The notes below the pieces were generated by a model. It saw only the letters and a list, made by a program, of their open reading frames with translations. It made no database searches and was not told the origin of the DNA. From an archaeon (GTDB lineage Archaea; EX4484-52; WAPT01): a DNA stretch of 54,041 nt. Numbering within the stretch: position 1 is the first letter of the stretch; each line of letters starts with the position of its first letter. Positions 19,820 through 28,731 of the stretch are shown piece after piece. Position numbers and translations under genes: made by a program. The stretch is taken from contig JAPDKB010000005.1 in assembly GCA_029258795.1 (NCBI GenBank), positions 1 through 54,041 of the forward strand, written 5' to 3'.

Positions 19820-22800
19820 TTTTTCCACCATTCTTCTTTGCTTCCATTTTCTTTCTGAGCTGCAGCATGAGATACTCATCCTCTATTTCCGCGAGCCTCT
19901 CATACAGAATCTCCTCCTCGATCAGATACTGGCTGCGAGGTATCTTCTTTTGTTTGAAATATTCCATTTGCAATTTCTTCACTTTCTTCAAAATCTCTTC
20001 CCTCTCCTTCTCAAGCAGTGCTATTGCGTCCTCTACCTTCAAGGCGCGAAGCTTTCTGTGTCTGAGTTTCACGCGCTCCTTCCCTATTTCCGCAAGCCTG
20101 CGCTGATAGTTCTTCATCATTTGTTCATACGCTTCTTCCGACATCTCCCTTTCTTTGTAGTAAGCGATCTGCAAATCTCTCATTAACTTCTTTATATTCT
20201 CCTCCTCCCTATCCAGCTTGCGAAGCTTCCAGCTTATTCTGTAGGAGGTGTAAGCTCTCTTAAGCTGAATGAACAGAAAAATGAGAGCGATAACAATTAT
20301 CGGCACGGCCCACCAGTGTCTCGCAACAAAATACATCCCGCTTATCCCCTGCTTCTCCATCGCAAACACGAGCTTTGCTTCATTCATTCTCTGAAGCGCA
20401 TCATCGTAATCTCCTCTTTCATAGGCTGCCTTTGCAAGGGCAAGCACAGCCCTGGTTTGGGGGAACAGGAAGAGAGCTCTGAAGTAATGAGGGGTGGAGG
20501 AAGCGTAACTGTTCATCTCGGCTTCCAGTGAGGTTAACTCCTCATGGACTTTCCTTGCCTTATCCAGCTCTTCCATCGCTTGTTCCAGAAGGGACATGGC
20601 AGCATCGTATTCATGTTCATGGTAAAGTTGCTCAGCCCTTTTTACCAGCGCTTCAATCTTTTCCACCTTCACACCATTTTTTTCAGCTTCACTCAAACCG
20701 AGGTTGAGCTGGGAAAGCGTTTCGTTAACCTCTGTTCCGGAAACTTCATGCACCACAAGCGTGATTTCCCTCACGTCTTTTAGCTTTCTGATGGTCGTTC
20801 CACTCACAAGCTCTCCCTCAATGTACGCCACAAGCCCGTACTGACCCCTTTGCAGGTACTTGGGAGAGGTGATGGTTATGTTGATAACTCTGCTCTCATT
20901 GAAATCGAGCAGGTCTATTGTGGAAGGCACAACTTCCAAATATCTGGAGGGGATGTCACCTTCCACCCTTATCTCAACGTTTTTCATCTTGTACCCTTTG
21001 AACAGATTCGATATTTTGATTGAGAAGCTTGTGCTTTCTCCCTTCACAAGCTCCACAAGCTTGGTAGAGCTGACAACTTCCTCCCCCCCGTACACCACTC
21101 CACCCACACTTGGAATGGTAGATGTGGGCGGAGCTTCGCCCCCACCAGATGAGCTTGGTGGAGGAGATGGGGGAGGAGCTAGAGAAACAACCTTAACAAG
21201 CTTGGAATCCTGACCCTCCACACCCTGAGCGCAGGAAGAGTAAGCAACAATTTCAACACTCTTGCCTTCCAGCGAGCTTGAAGGCGTTATCTTTATGGTG
21301 TTTGTGAGTTTTGAACCTATGGGTAGAATGGTTGCGTTTCTCGACAGCGAGCCATCAACAACCACCACACCATCAGGAAGCTGCCACATCAACACCACAT
21401 CTGTTGCGTCAGAAGTACCAGCATTTGTCACGCTTGCGGAGAGAGTGTATTCATTCCCCACATTCATCTCTGAGCTGTAACTCTCTATCGTGACGTCCAG
21501 ATATGGACCTGCAACATTCTGAATTATGAAAGTTCCATCAAGGATTTTTCTGTCTTCAACCAGAGTCGAGTTGATAGTAACTTTAACCCAGATGCTGTAA
21601 TAATAAGTGCCAACATCAAAGCCGGTGGAGTTTATTATTATGTCAACGCTCTTGTTCTCTCCTGGATTGAGCTGGATGGTGCAGGAAGATGTGTTCGTTA
21701 CATTGCACAGAACCCAGCTTCTGTTCGCATGGATGGTGAAGTTCATGACAAAATCTCCCGTGTTCGTGAGGTTTATCGTGCCGAGTTTGAAAACACGCGG
21801 ATCAGTCCTGACTATGGATTTGGTGGACGGTATGTTGTTTTCCTGCTCCCACGTTTTGTCCCACAGAACAGGAAGAATTATCGTCTCACTGTAATTTGTG
21901 TTGTTTGATGTATCCACAGCAACAATTCTGGCAGTATAGTTTCCTTCAGGGAAGGTCACGTTCACCTCGTAAAGATTGGGAGATATTTCAACCATGCTCG
22001 TGTTTTCCCAGGAGGATGAAGAATTTCTGTACTGGAGCACAACTCCGGAAACGTTAACGTTATCCTTAACATTTGCTCTGAACCTAACTGTAACATTGGG
22101 ATCAAGTAGGGCTGTAGTGTTTGGCACATAACTCATATTTGCTATGATGGGCGGGGTAGCGTCTTTCACGCTTATCGTCATTTCATATTTAGCATAATTC
22201 CCTGCTTTGTCCCAGACGTGAAATATGCAGGTTATGTTGGATGGCTCTAACAAATCACCAGTTATTGTGTGGTTGAGCCAGCCCTGCGCTGAGGTGAAAG
22301 AGAATGTGGTTGAGTTTTGGAAGATGCCTGTGGCGTTGTGCTCCACCACACCATGGCTGAGCTGAATGTTGTCCTGCCATTCAGAAAAGCAAAGCAGAGA
22401 TGTGTTGTCGAGAGCAGGGTATGGAGTGTGGTTAGCCACAATCAAGGTCGGAGGCGTGACATCGACAAAAAAGGTAGAAGTTGCGTTACCAACATTTCCC
22501 GCAAGGTCAACAGCATAAAACACAACTTCATGCTGACCTTCAGGAAGGTTGGTCACGTTCGCAGCCCAGACACGTTCATCTATTTCGGTTAGGTTGCCAA
22601 CAATAGCGCCACCATCTGTACTGTAATTCACATAGGAAGCGTTTTCATCCAGCGTTACTTTGAGCGTAACGTTGGTTGAGGCGATGTAACTTCCATCAAC
22701 CGGATTTCGGATCGTTATGTAAGGTGGTGTTGTGTCCTCCTCGCTTGAATTGACCGTGAAATGAATTGTCTGGGTGGATGCTATGTTTCCCACGGTGTCG

Positions 22801-24821
22801 TTAGCGTAAAAGGTGACGTTGTGAGGGCCGTTTTTGAGGTATATCGTCGCAACCCATCTCGTTGTGGTAATCATTTCCATGGTTTCGTTTTTTGTGCAGT
22901 TATCCACGCAGAACCATGCCAAGCTTAAAGCTTCATCAGATGAAATATCAAGGGTTATATAATTATTGGTGTAGGTCGTGTTTTTTGGAGAGCTGATTGT
23001 GATGGTTGGCGGATCGGAATCGGTGGTGTAATCTCCCGACATTGGATTGGATTCGGAGCCCTCTCCAAGAGAATCAAATATGAACGCATACCAGACATGC
23101 ACATCCGAATCATTTTGAGCCTGAAAGGTGCAGGAAACGTTAGCTGTGCCTTCAGCGGAACAGTAAGTTGTGTCCGCACAACCATCCGAGGTTGCAGAAG
23201 GTGTGGAACAAACATAAAGGACCAAGCTTTGACCTGCATCAGGGTCATAGCTTGTCGTGGTTATGGTGATGTTAGCACCACCTCTCACAACATCCACACC
23301 ATCATCCGCAGAGCTAAAAACGGGAAGCTGGTTTATGTTAATGACCTTCGATACTATGGGCTGGACGTTTCCAGCATCATCGATGGATTGATACCTCAAA
23401 TAGTTCCTCCCTCTGTAAGATTCGTTGAAAGTTATGGTTTGCCTGTTGTCGATAGGTAAGCTGGGAGTGCACGTGTTATCTCTGTCAACACAGTAATAGG
23501 TTTCGGGATCTCCATCTATGTTGTCCCACTCCACTATTGTCACTTCGTAAGGCGGAACCTGAACCACATCGCTAGAGGTATCGTAAGTGGAGGGAGGGGT
23601 CCAGTCCACCACCACTATAACATCAAGGTTGTTTGTGTCATTTTGTTCATTTCCGTATCTGTCCACACAGCTTATGTAGAATGTGTGTACGCCTTCAGGA
23701 GGAGAAGGTGAACAGATCGCTTGCGTTCCATTAATCAAGCAGTCGTTGCTCATGGAAGAATAACTCACATCCTGCGTGCTCCACCTGCACATCATCCCCT
23801 CCTCTCCATCCACCGTTATGTTGGTGTAGCCATCATTCTTTTTATCATAATATGTTGGCTCGGTATCTCCAGCAACGTTATTTATGGAGGTTGAGGGCGG
23901 AGTGGAATCGGTGCGATAAGTTAAATTCACAACGTCAGAATACTGGTAACCATCATAAAGCCTACAATAAACTGTGTGGTTGGCATCATCAACTGGAGTT
24001 GGGAAAGTACAGGTAAGCTGGTAGGGGGGAGAGGAGTCGTAAGTTGTTCCGCCAGTGCATATTGTGTTGGAAGCGTCAGGAAACTGGTTGTCGCTACAGT
24101 AAAGGTAGAGAGCATCACTGTCTCCATCATCCACACCATTATGTGTTGTGTTGGTATAGATGGTGAGCAAGCCCCCACCTTTTATCACAGGTGTGCTTGT
24201 GCTTATGTTGTCGATAACGGGCTTTTCGTTGGCAAGACAGGTTATGTTGAAATCATCAAGATAGACGTATTTGGAATTTGTTAAAAATTCGACATCGATC
24301 TTGAACCTTATATCCTTCTGCACAAAATCGGTGAGGTTCACAACTTTCATGTGCCATTTACCATCGTTAAAGTTGGAAGCTGTAATGGAATCGTAATTCT
24401 CATAAGAAACTTCGTCTGAGTCATCATAAATATGGATGTAGATGATGTCTGAGGTCAGAGTTCCGCCCACTTTGAACATGAAAGTCAGGTTACAGCTCAA
24501 AGCTTTTGGGAGGTGAATCAAGCCGGGTTGAGTTGTTATTGCCGCTTCCCCCACCTTTCCATAAGTAAACCTAGCCGAATAGTTACCTGAACAAACCTCT
24601 CCTGTGCTTGCGTTCACTATTTCAGCATCATCACCCTCACCATATTCCACTTTCCATACAGAAGTGTTGAATCCATACAAACCGGTACCATTCGAATCCT
24701 CAAACCCGTTGGAAAAGATGGTTTTGTATTCCCATGCTTTGGCAGGGTGAGTAGAGAGAAATATGACTACAAAAATCATGACTGTCTGAAGGAAAAGTAT
24801 GCGTTTGTATATCCTCACCAC
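19806..24821 (-). CDS. 1671-aa cell-surface protein with Ig-like/CARDB-type domains and C-terminal TM
   Basis: Signal peptide, repeated DxTPP domain boundaries and DxAGN motifs, many N-x-S/T sequons, PPPSSSGGG linker, HWW-TM, duplicated cytoplasmic module. Confidence 0.9.
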   Translation of the reverse strand: MVRIYKRILFLQTVMIFVVIFLSTHPAKAWEYKTIFSNGFEDSNGTGLYGFNTSVWKVEYGEGDDAEIVNASTGEVCSGNYSARFTYGKVGEAAITTQPGLIHLPKALSCNLTFMFKVGGTLTSDIIYIHIYDDSDEVSYENYDSITASNFNDGKWHMKVVNLTDFVQKDIRFKIDVEFLTNSKYVYLDDFNITCLANEKPVIDNISTSTPVIKGGGLLTIYTNTTHNGVDDGDSDALYLYCSDNQFPDASNTICTGGTTYDSSPPYQLTCTFPTPVDDANHTVYCRLYDGYQYSDVVNLTYRTDSTPPSTSINNVAGDTEPTYYDKKNDGYTNITVDGEEGMMCRWSTQDVSYSSMSNDCLINGTQAICSPSPPEGVHTFYISCVDRYGNEQNDTNNLDVIVVVDWTPPSTYDTSSDVVQVPPYEVTIVEWDNIDGDPETYYCVDRDNTCTPSLPIDNRQTITFNESYRGRNYLRYQSIDDAGNVQPIVSKVININQLPVFSSADDGVDVVRGGANITITTTSYDPDAGQSLVLYVCSTPSATSDGCADTTYCSAEGTANVSCTFQAQNDSDVHVWYAFIFDSLGEGSESNPMSGDYTTDSDPPTITISSPKNTTYTNNYITLDISSDEALSLAWFCVDNCTKNETMEMITTTRWVATIYLKNGPHNVTFYANDTVGNIASTQTIHFTVNSSEEDTTPPYITIRNPVDGSYIASTNVTLKVTLDENASYVNYSTDGGAIVGNLTEIDERVWAANVTNLPEGQHEVVFYAVDLAGNVGNATSTFFVDVTPPTLIVANHTPYPALDNTSLLCFSEWQDNIQLSHGVVEHNATGIFQNSTTFSFTSAQGWLNHTITGDLLEPSNITCIFHVWDKAGNYAKYEMTISVKDATPPIIANMSYVPNTTALLDPNVTVRFRANVKDNVNVSGVVLQYRNSSSSWENTSMVEISPNLYEVNVTFPEGNYTARIVAVDTSNNTNYSETIILPVLWDKTWEQENNIPSTKSIVRTDPRVFKLGTINLTNTGDFVMNFTIHANRSWVLCNVTNTSSCTIQLNPGENKSVDIIINSTGFDVGTYYYSIWVKVTINSTLVEDRKILDGTFIIQNVAGPYLDVTIESYSSEMNVGNEYTLSASVTNAGTSDATDVVLMWQLPDGVVVVDGSLSRNATILPIGSKLTNTIKITPSSSLEGKSVEIVAYSSCAQGVEGQDSKLVKVVSLAPPPSPPPSSSGGGEAPPTSTIPSVGGVVYGGEEVVSSTKLVELVKGESTSFSIKISNLFKGYKMKNVEIRVEGDIPSRYLEVVPSTIDLLDFNESRVINITITSPKYLQRGQYGLVAYIEGELVSGTTIRKLKDVREITLVVHEVSGTEVNETLSQLNLGLSEAEKNGVKVEKIEALVKRAEQLYHEHEYDAAMSLLEQAMEELDKARKVHEELTSLEAEMNSYASSTPHYFRALFLFPQTRAVLALAKAAYERGDYDDALQRMNEAKLVFAMEKQGISGMYFVARHWWAVPIIVIALIFLFIQLKRAYTSYRISWKLRKLDREEENIKKLMRDLQIAYYKEREMSEEAYEQMMKNYQRRLAEIGKERVKLRHRKLRALKVEDAIALLEKEREEILKKVKKLQMEYFKQKKIPRSQYLIEEEILYERLAEIEDEYLMLQLRKKMEAKKNGGKNEKK

Positions 24822-24827
24822 CCTTAC

Positions 24828-26450
24828 TCAAAAAAATTCCTTCATTCCAAAAGCTTCCTGCTGCGGGTAAATGATTATACCGGTGTCGGTTATCTCCATT
24901 GGCACTATTTTTTTCACATGTTTTTCTCCCCTCATTTTCAACACTTCTATCGCATTCTCCCTTATATCTTTCTTGCGGAGGTGGTACAGGACTATAACTC
25001 CATCAGCGAGGAATTCTTCCGCTCCTGTTATGCTAAACCTCGTTGGCATGGGTTCTGTTTCAGTGATGAGAAATGATGTGACACCGAGCTTCTCAAAAAA
25101 CCTGAACAGCTGCTCTATGTAGATTCTGTAGTTTTCCATTCTGCCCATAAATGCCGAGCCAATAGCACTTAAGCTATCCACGATCACCACATCAGGAACG
25201 AAGTTCTCAGGCAGGATGACGGGATCGATATCGATTAAAAGCTCACCTCTCTGTTTTGCGAGCAGAGCTTCTATCGAGCGTGACATGTCAAAAGCATTGT
25301 ACTGTTCTATCCTGAACAAGTTCTTTTTGATGAGTGGCTCGGGGTCCATCCCAAAATCCTTCATGTGTTCGATAAGTCTTTTCGGCCTCTCCTCAAAGCT
25401 CATGAAAAGAGTCTTTATTCCCGCTCTTGCAAGGTTGTAGCATATTTGGAGGCAGAGGATGGTTTTGCCAGAACCGGCCCCTCCCGCCACGATGACAGCA
25501 TTACCTTTGGGTATGCCGTGAGTAAAGAGATCATCAAAACCCGGCACTCCAGTCTTTATGAATTCTCTCTCTTCTCCCTTTATCGTGTATTTAACTATTC
25601 CAGCTCCAATCTCTTCGTTGAAAAGCCTCTCCTCACCTTCCTTCTCCTCTTTACCCTCACTTTCCTCTGGTTTTTTTGCTCCTGGAACAACCTTTTCAGC
25701 TTCACCCTTTGTTCCACTTTCCTTCTTCTCCTCACCACCCCCTCCACTCATCTCCTTTACAGCTTCATCCAACATTTTCTCCAACTGTGAGAAATCCACA
25801 CTTTGAGATGGAGTAGAAGGTTGGAAGGACGGAACCTGACTTGGCTGAGCTTGCTGCTCCTGAACCGGCTTCTCCACCACAACAGGCGGCTTAGTAACTT
25901 CCTCCTTAACTGTAGGAATCGCTTTCTTACTTTCTTCAACCTCAGCTACTTTATCTCCCTTTGTTCCACTTTCCTTCTTCTCCTCACCAGTTTTTCCTCC
26001 ACCCTCTTGCATCTCCTTAACCGCTTCATCCAGCATTTTCTCCAGCTGGGCAAAATCCACACCTTGAGATGGAGGAGTGGGTGGAGGTGTTGGTGGTTGT
26101 GGAGCTGTTGTTTGTTGAGGAATCTCAGCTTTTTGCACAGGTTTCTCCTCCGCTTCCTTAACCTCCTTCTTAGGAGGCTCCGGCGTTTTTTCAGATGTCA
26201 TTTCCTTTACAGCACTTTCAAGCATTTTATCGAGCTGAGCAAAATCCACGGCTTGGGGTTGAGAAGGAGGTTGAGGTGGTGAAACCTGACTTGGCTGAGC
26301 TTGCTGCTCCTGAACCGGCTTCTCCTCCACAATCTCCTCTTCTTTTTTCTTATCCTCCTTCTCCTCCTTTTTGGACTTCACCATCTCATTTACTGCTTCC
26401 TCAAGCAATTTGTCCAATTCAGCGAAGTCCACCTGAGCATCAGGGCTCAT
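24828..26450 (-). CDS. KaiC/RAD55-family ATPase with a long repetitive N-terminal extension
   Basis: TGVPGFD, GGAGSGKT, SFEE, VIVDS, EEFLADG and KMRG; about 290-aa low-complexity N-terminus. Confidence 0.9.
   Translation of the reverse strand: MSPDAQVDFAELDKLLEEAVNEMVKSKKEEKEDKKKEEEIVEEKPVQEQQAQPSQVSPPQPPSQPQAVDFAQLDKMLESAVKEMTSEKTPEPPKKEVKEAEEKPVQKAEIPQQTTAPQPPTPPPTPPSQGVDFAQLEKMLDEAVKEMQEGGGKTGEEKKESGTKGDKVAEVEESKKAIPTVKEEVTKPPVVVEKPVQEQQAQPSQVPSFQPSTPSQSVDFSQLEKMLDEAVKEMSGGGGEEKKESGTKGEAEKVVPGAKKPEESEGKEEKEGEERLFNEEIGAGIVKYTIKGEEREFIKTGVPGFDDLFTHGIPKGNAVIVAGGAGSGKTILCLQICYNLARAGIKTLFMSFEERPKRLIEHMKDFGMDPEPLIKKNLFRIEQYNAFDMSRSIEALLAKQRGELLIDIDPVILPENFVPDVVIVDSLSAIGSAFMGRMENYRIYIEQLFRFFEKLGVTSFLITETEPMPTRFSITGAEEFLADGVIVLYHLRKKDIRENAIEVLKMRGEKHVKKIVPMEITDTGIIIYPQQEAFGMKEFF
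25705..26435 (-). repeat. Intragenic repeats of the KaiC N-terminus
   Basis: Four VDF(A/S)(E/Q)L(D/E)K(L/M)L..AV.EM units. Exact 43-bp duplication at 25833-25875 and 26283-26325; exact 33-bp duplication at 25705-25737 and 25957-25989. Confidence 0.9.
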
Positions 26451-26708
26451 GAAATCACACCAAAACACCTCTTCACTATTTTTTTGTTTTATTCGAAATA
26501 TATTATTATCGATATATCTTCATGAAACCACAGAAACATTTCGCCAGAATAACATCTTTATACATCCAAAACTCGTGACACTTCACAAAACCTTTATATA
26601 TTTTAGCAGGCAATATAAAAGGAGACGGTGCTCGTGCCAGTAAGCGCGTGATTTTCTCCACATCCCGGTAAGGGGGGTAAAACAGGAATCTTGTAGTGGT
26701 GAGTAGGC

Positions 26709-26831
26709 ATGTCAATGGAATTTGACCTGCAGACCCTGCTTGAGATGAAAAAACAGATGATCTTTAAGGGCAACTGGAAGGAAGTTAAGAGGATAAACAA
26801 GATGATAGAACTCAGGAAGAGGAATATGTAA
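26709..26831 (+). CDS. Small 40-aa basic protein (not in ORF track)
   Basis: MSMEFDLQTLLEMKKQMIFKGNWKEVKRINKMIELRKRNM; GGTGAG SD upstream, TATA-like TTTATATA near 26593, T-rich tract after the stop. Confidence 0.6.
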   Translation: MSMEFDLQTLLEMKKQMIFKGNWKEVKRINKMIELRKRNM

Positions 26832-26930
26832 TCTCTTTCTCCTTCTTTTTCAATTTTTTAAATTTGAGTGACTATAATTTACTTCAGAATATCCGGATAT
26901 GGACTGCTGTCCGGGCCCGTTGTGATAGGA

Positions 26931-27305
26931 ATGGATGAAGAGGACCAATCCCGGTATGGTGGTTTGGGAGGGTTGTACTTAGCTGCGCTGTTGTTGATAG
27001 GGGATCGTACTTATTCTGACGGAAATAGCAATGGAAAAAACGAAGAGAAATTCATTTCCGCTTCAAACCTGTATCGTGAAATGCGAGAAAATCTCGGAAT
27101 TTCTGGAGGTCTCTGCCCGGATATAATCGGGGAGCTAGGGCGTCAGGGCTTGATTAAAATTGAGCAAAACAATGGTGGCGCAGGGATTGCATTGAGTGAT
27201 AAAGGGCTCGAACTCTATGCTAAAGAAAGAGGAATTGAGTATGTAAATCCGGGAAAGAATGCTAATTCAAATGGTCTGAAGGACTTTATCATGCCCTTTT
27301 TATAA
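26931..27305 (+). CDS. Hypothetical protein, possible winged helix
   Basis: ELGRQGLIKI...IALSDKG resembles a wHTH wing. Confidence 0.5.
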   Translation: MDEEDQSRYGGLGGLYLAALLLIGDRTYSDGNSNGKNEEKFISASNLYREMRENLGISGGLCPDIIGELGRQGLIKIEQNNGGAGIALSDKGLELYAKERGIEYVNPGKNANSNGLKDFIMPFL

Positions 27306-27339
27306 AACATTTAAAAGGCTTCTATGCCAATATATCAAC

Positions 27340-27966
27340 ATGCCTATCCGAAGGTTTCTGAAGTTCATCAACCGACTTTTCAAGAAGAAAAAACAAATCC
27401 GTCTTGGTATTTATGGTCCTCCCAATGGTGGTAAGACAACTCTTGCGAACAGAATCTGTCTTGACTGGATTGGAGAAGAGCTGGGAAGCGTTTCCCATAT
27501 TCCTCATGAGACAAGAAGAGTTCAGATGAAGGAAAAGATCGTGATACAGAGCGGGGATGGAAAAACGCTTGATTTGACCATAGTGGATACACCGGGCATA
27601 GCAACAAAGATAGATTACGAGGATTTTGTGAGGAAAGGTCTTTCCAAGAAAGAGGCGAGGGTACGCGCAAGAGAGGCAACGAGAGGGGTTATAGAGGCGA
27701 TAAAGTGGCTGGATAATGTGGATGCTGTGCTGGTCGTGCTCGATGCCACAAAGAATCCAGTGGATCAGGTGAACATAACCATACTGGGCAATCTCGAAGC
27801 AAGAAAGATACCGTTTTTGATTGTTGCAAACAAGATAGATTTGAAGAAGGCCAACGTTACCAGGATAAGAGAAGCGTTTCCAAACGCGAAGGTCATAGGA
27901 ATAAGCGCAAAATACGGGCATAACATGGACAAGTTTTATGAGGCGTTATTTGACATGGTGGAGTGA
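27340..27966 (+). CDS. oapA: Small Era-like GTPase OapA/ArvA
   Basis: GPPNGGKTT, HETR, DTPG, NKID and SAK; first gene of the conserved three-gene cluster. Confidence 0.88.
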   Translation: MPIRRFLKFINRLFKKKKQIRLGIYGPPNGGKTTLANRICLDWIGEELGSVSHIPHETRRVQMKEKIVIQSGDGKTLDLTIVDTPGIATKIDYEDFVRKGLSKKEARVRAREATRGVIEAIKWLDNVDAVLVVLDATKNPVDQVNITILGNLEARKIPFLIVANKIDLKKANVTRIREAFPNAKVIGISAKYGHNMDKFYEALFDMVE

Positions 27967-27975
27967 GGGGGTGAA

Positions 27976-28341
27976 ATGAGCAAGAAAATAAGCATAAAGC
28001 TTGTGCCTTACGAGGAAATGAGAAGGGATATGGATGCGGTTTTCAACGAGTTAAAGAAGGGATCCATAGTTTTAATCGATGCAAAGATTAGCCCGGAAGA
28101 AGAGAGCGAGATAATCGCAAAAACCATGGAAAACATTGATTTGCGTTTTAAGGGAATAGAGATTTCAACCATAGATGTGAAAAAGGAAGAGAAAAAAGGC
28201 AAGGGAAGCAAGATATTCCTAACGCTTGAAAAGATAAAGAAGGCTCTTACAGGTAAGGAGAGGGGCATAACCATAATAGGTCCAGCCAGCTTGATCAAAA
28301 AGATGGAGAAAACTCCTGAAGAAATCTACTTGTACATGTGA
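27976..28341 (+). CDS. oapB: OapB/ArvB (DUF2073)
   Basis: SPEEESEIIAKTM, FKGIEI and GITIIGPA motifs. Confidence 0.85.
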   Translation: MSKKISIKLVPYEEMRRDMDAVFNELKKGSIVLIDAKISPEEESEIIAKTMENIDLRFKGIEISTIDVKKEEKKGKGSKIFLTLEKIKKALTGKERGITIIGPASLIKKMEKTPEEIYLYM

Positions 28342-28345
28342 TATC

Positions 28346-28726
28346 ATGCCCCACAAATGTGTAAAGTGCGGGAAGATACATCCGGATGATGCGGACTATT
28401 TACTTGATGGTTGTGATGTCTGTGGCTGTCGCTTCTTTCTCTATGTGAGTTATGAAAATTTGCAGAAGAGCGAAGATTTGATGAAGGATTTGAGCAGTGA
28501 GGAGATAGAGGAGATAGAGAAAGACATAAGGGCGATAATAGCGCAGGAATACGGGGAGAAATCAAAAGATGATGTTGTGGTTCTTGATGTTGAGTCGATA
28601 AGAGTGATTAAGCCGGGAAAATATTTGATAGATGTGGTCAATCTTTTCAATCAGCGCCCCATCGTCATAAGAGTTGCGCCGGGCAAGTACAGAATAGACC
28701 TCTCTTCCATTCTCCCGAAAGAATAA
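28346..28726 (+). CDS. oapC: OapC/ArvC Zn-ribbon protein (DUF2072)
   Basis: MPHKCVKC..GCDVCG..FFLY, ESIRVIKPGKY, GKYRIDL. Confidence 0.88.
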   Translation: MPHKCVKCGKIHPDDADYLLDGCDVCGCRFFLYVSYENLQKSEDLMKDLSSEEIEEIEKDIRAIIAQEYGEKSKDDVVVLDVESIRVIKPGKYLIDVVNLFNQRPIVIRVAPGKYRIDLSSILPKE

Positions 28727-28731
28727 TCGCT

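Noticed and set aside
26621-26700. Fluoride riboswitch
   Set aside because: It starts GGAGACGG, but the pairing partner and the downstream CUGAUGAC consensus are missing.
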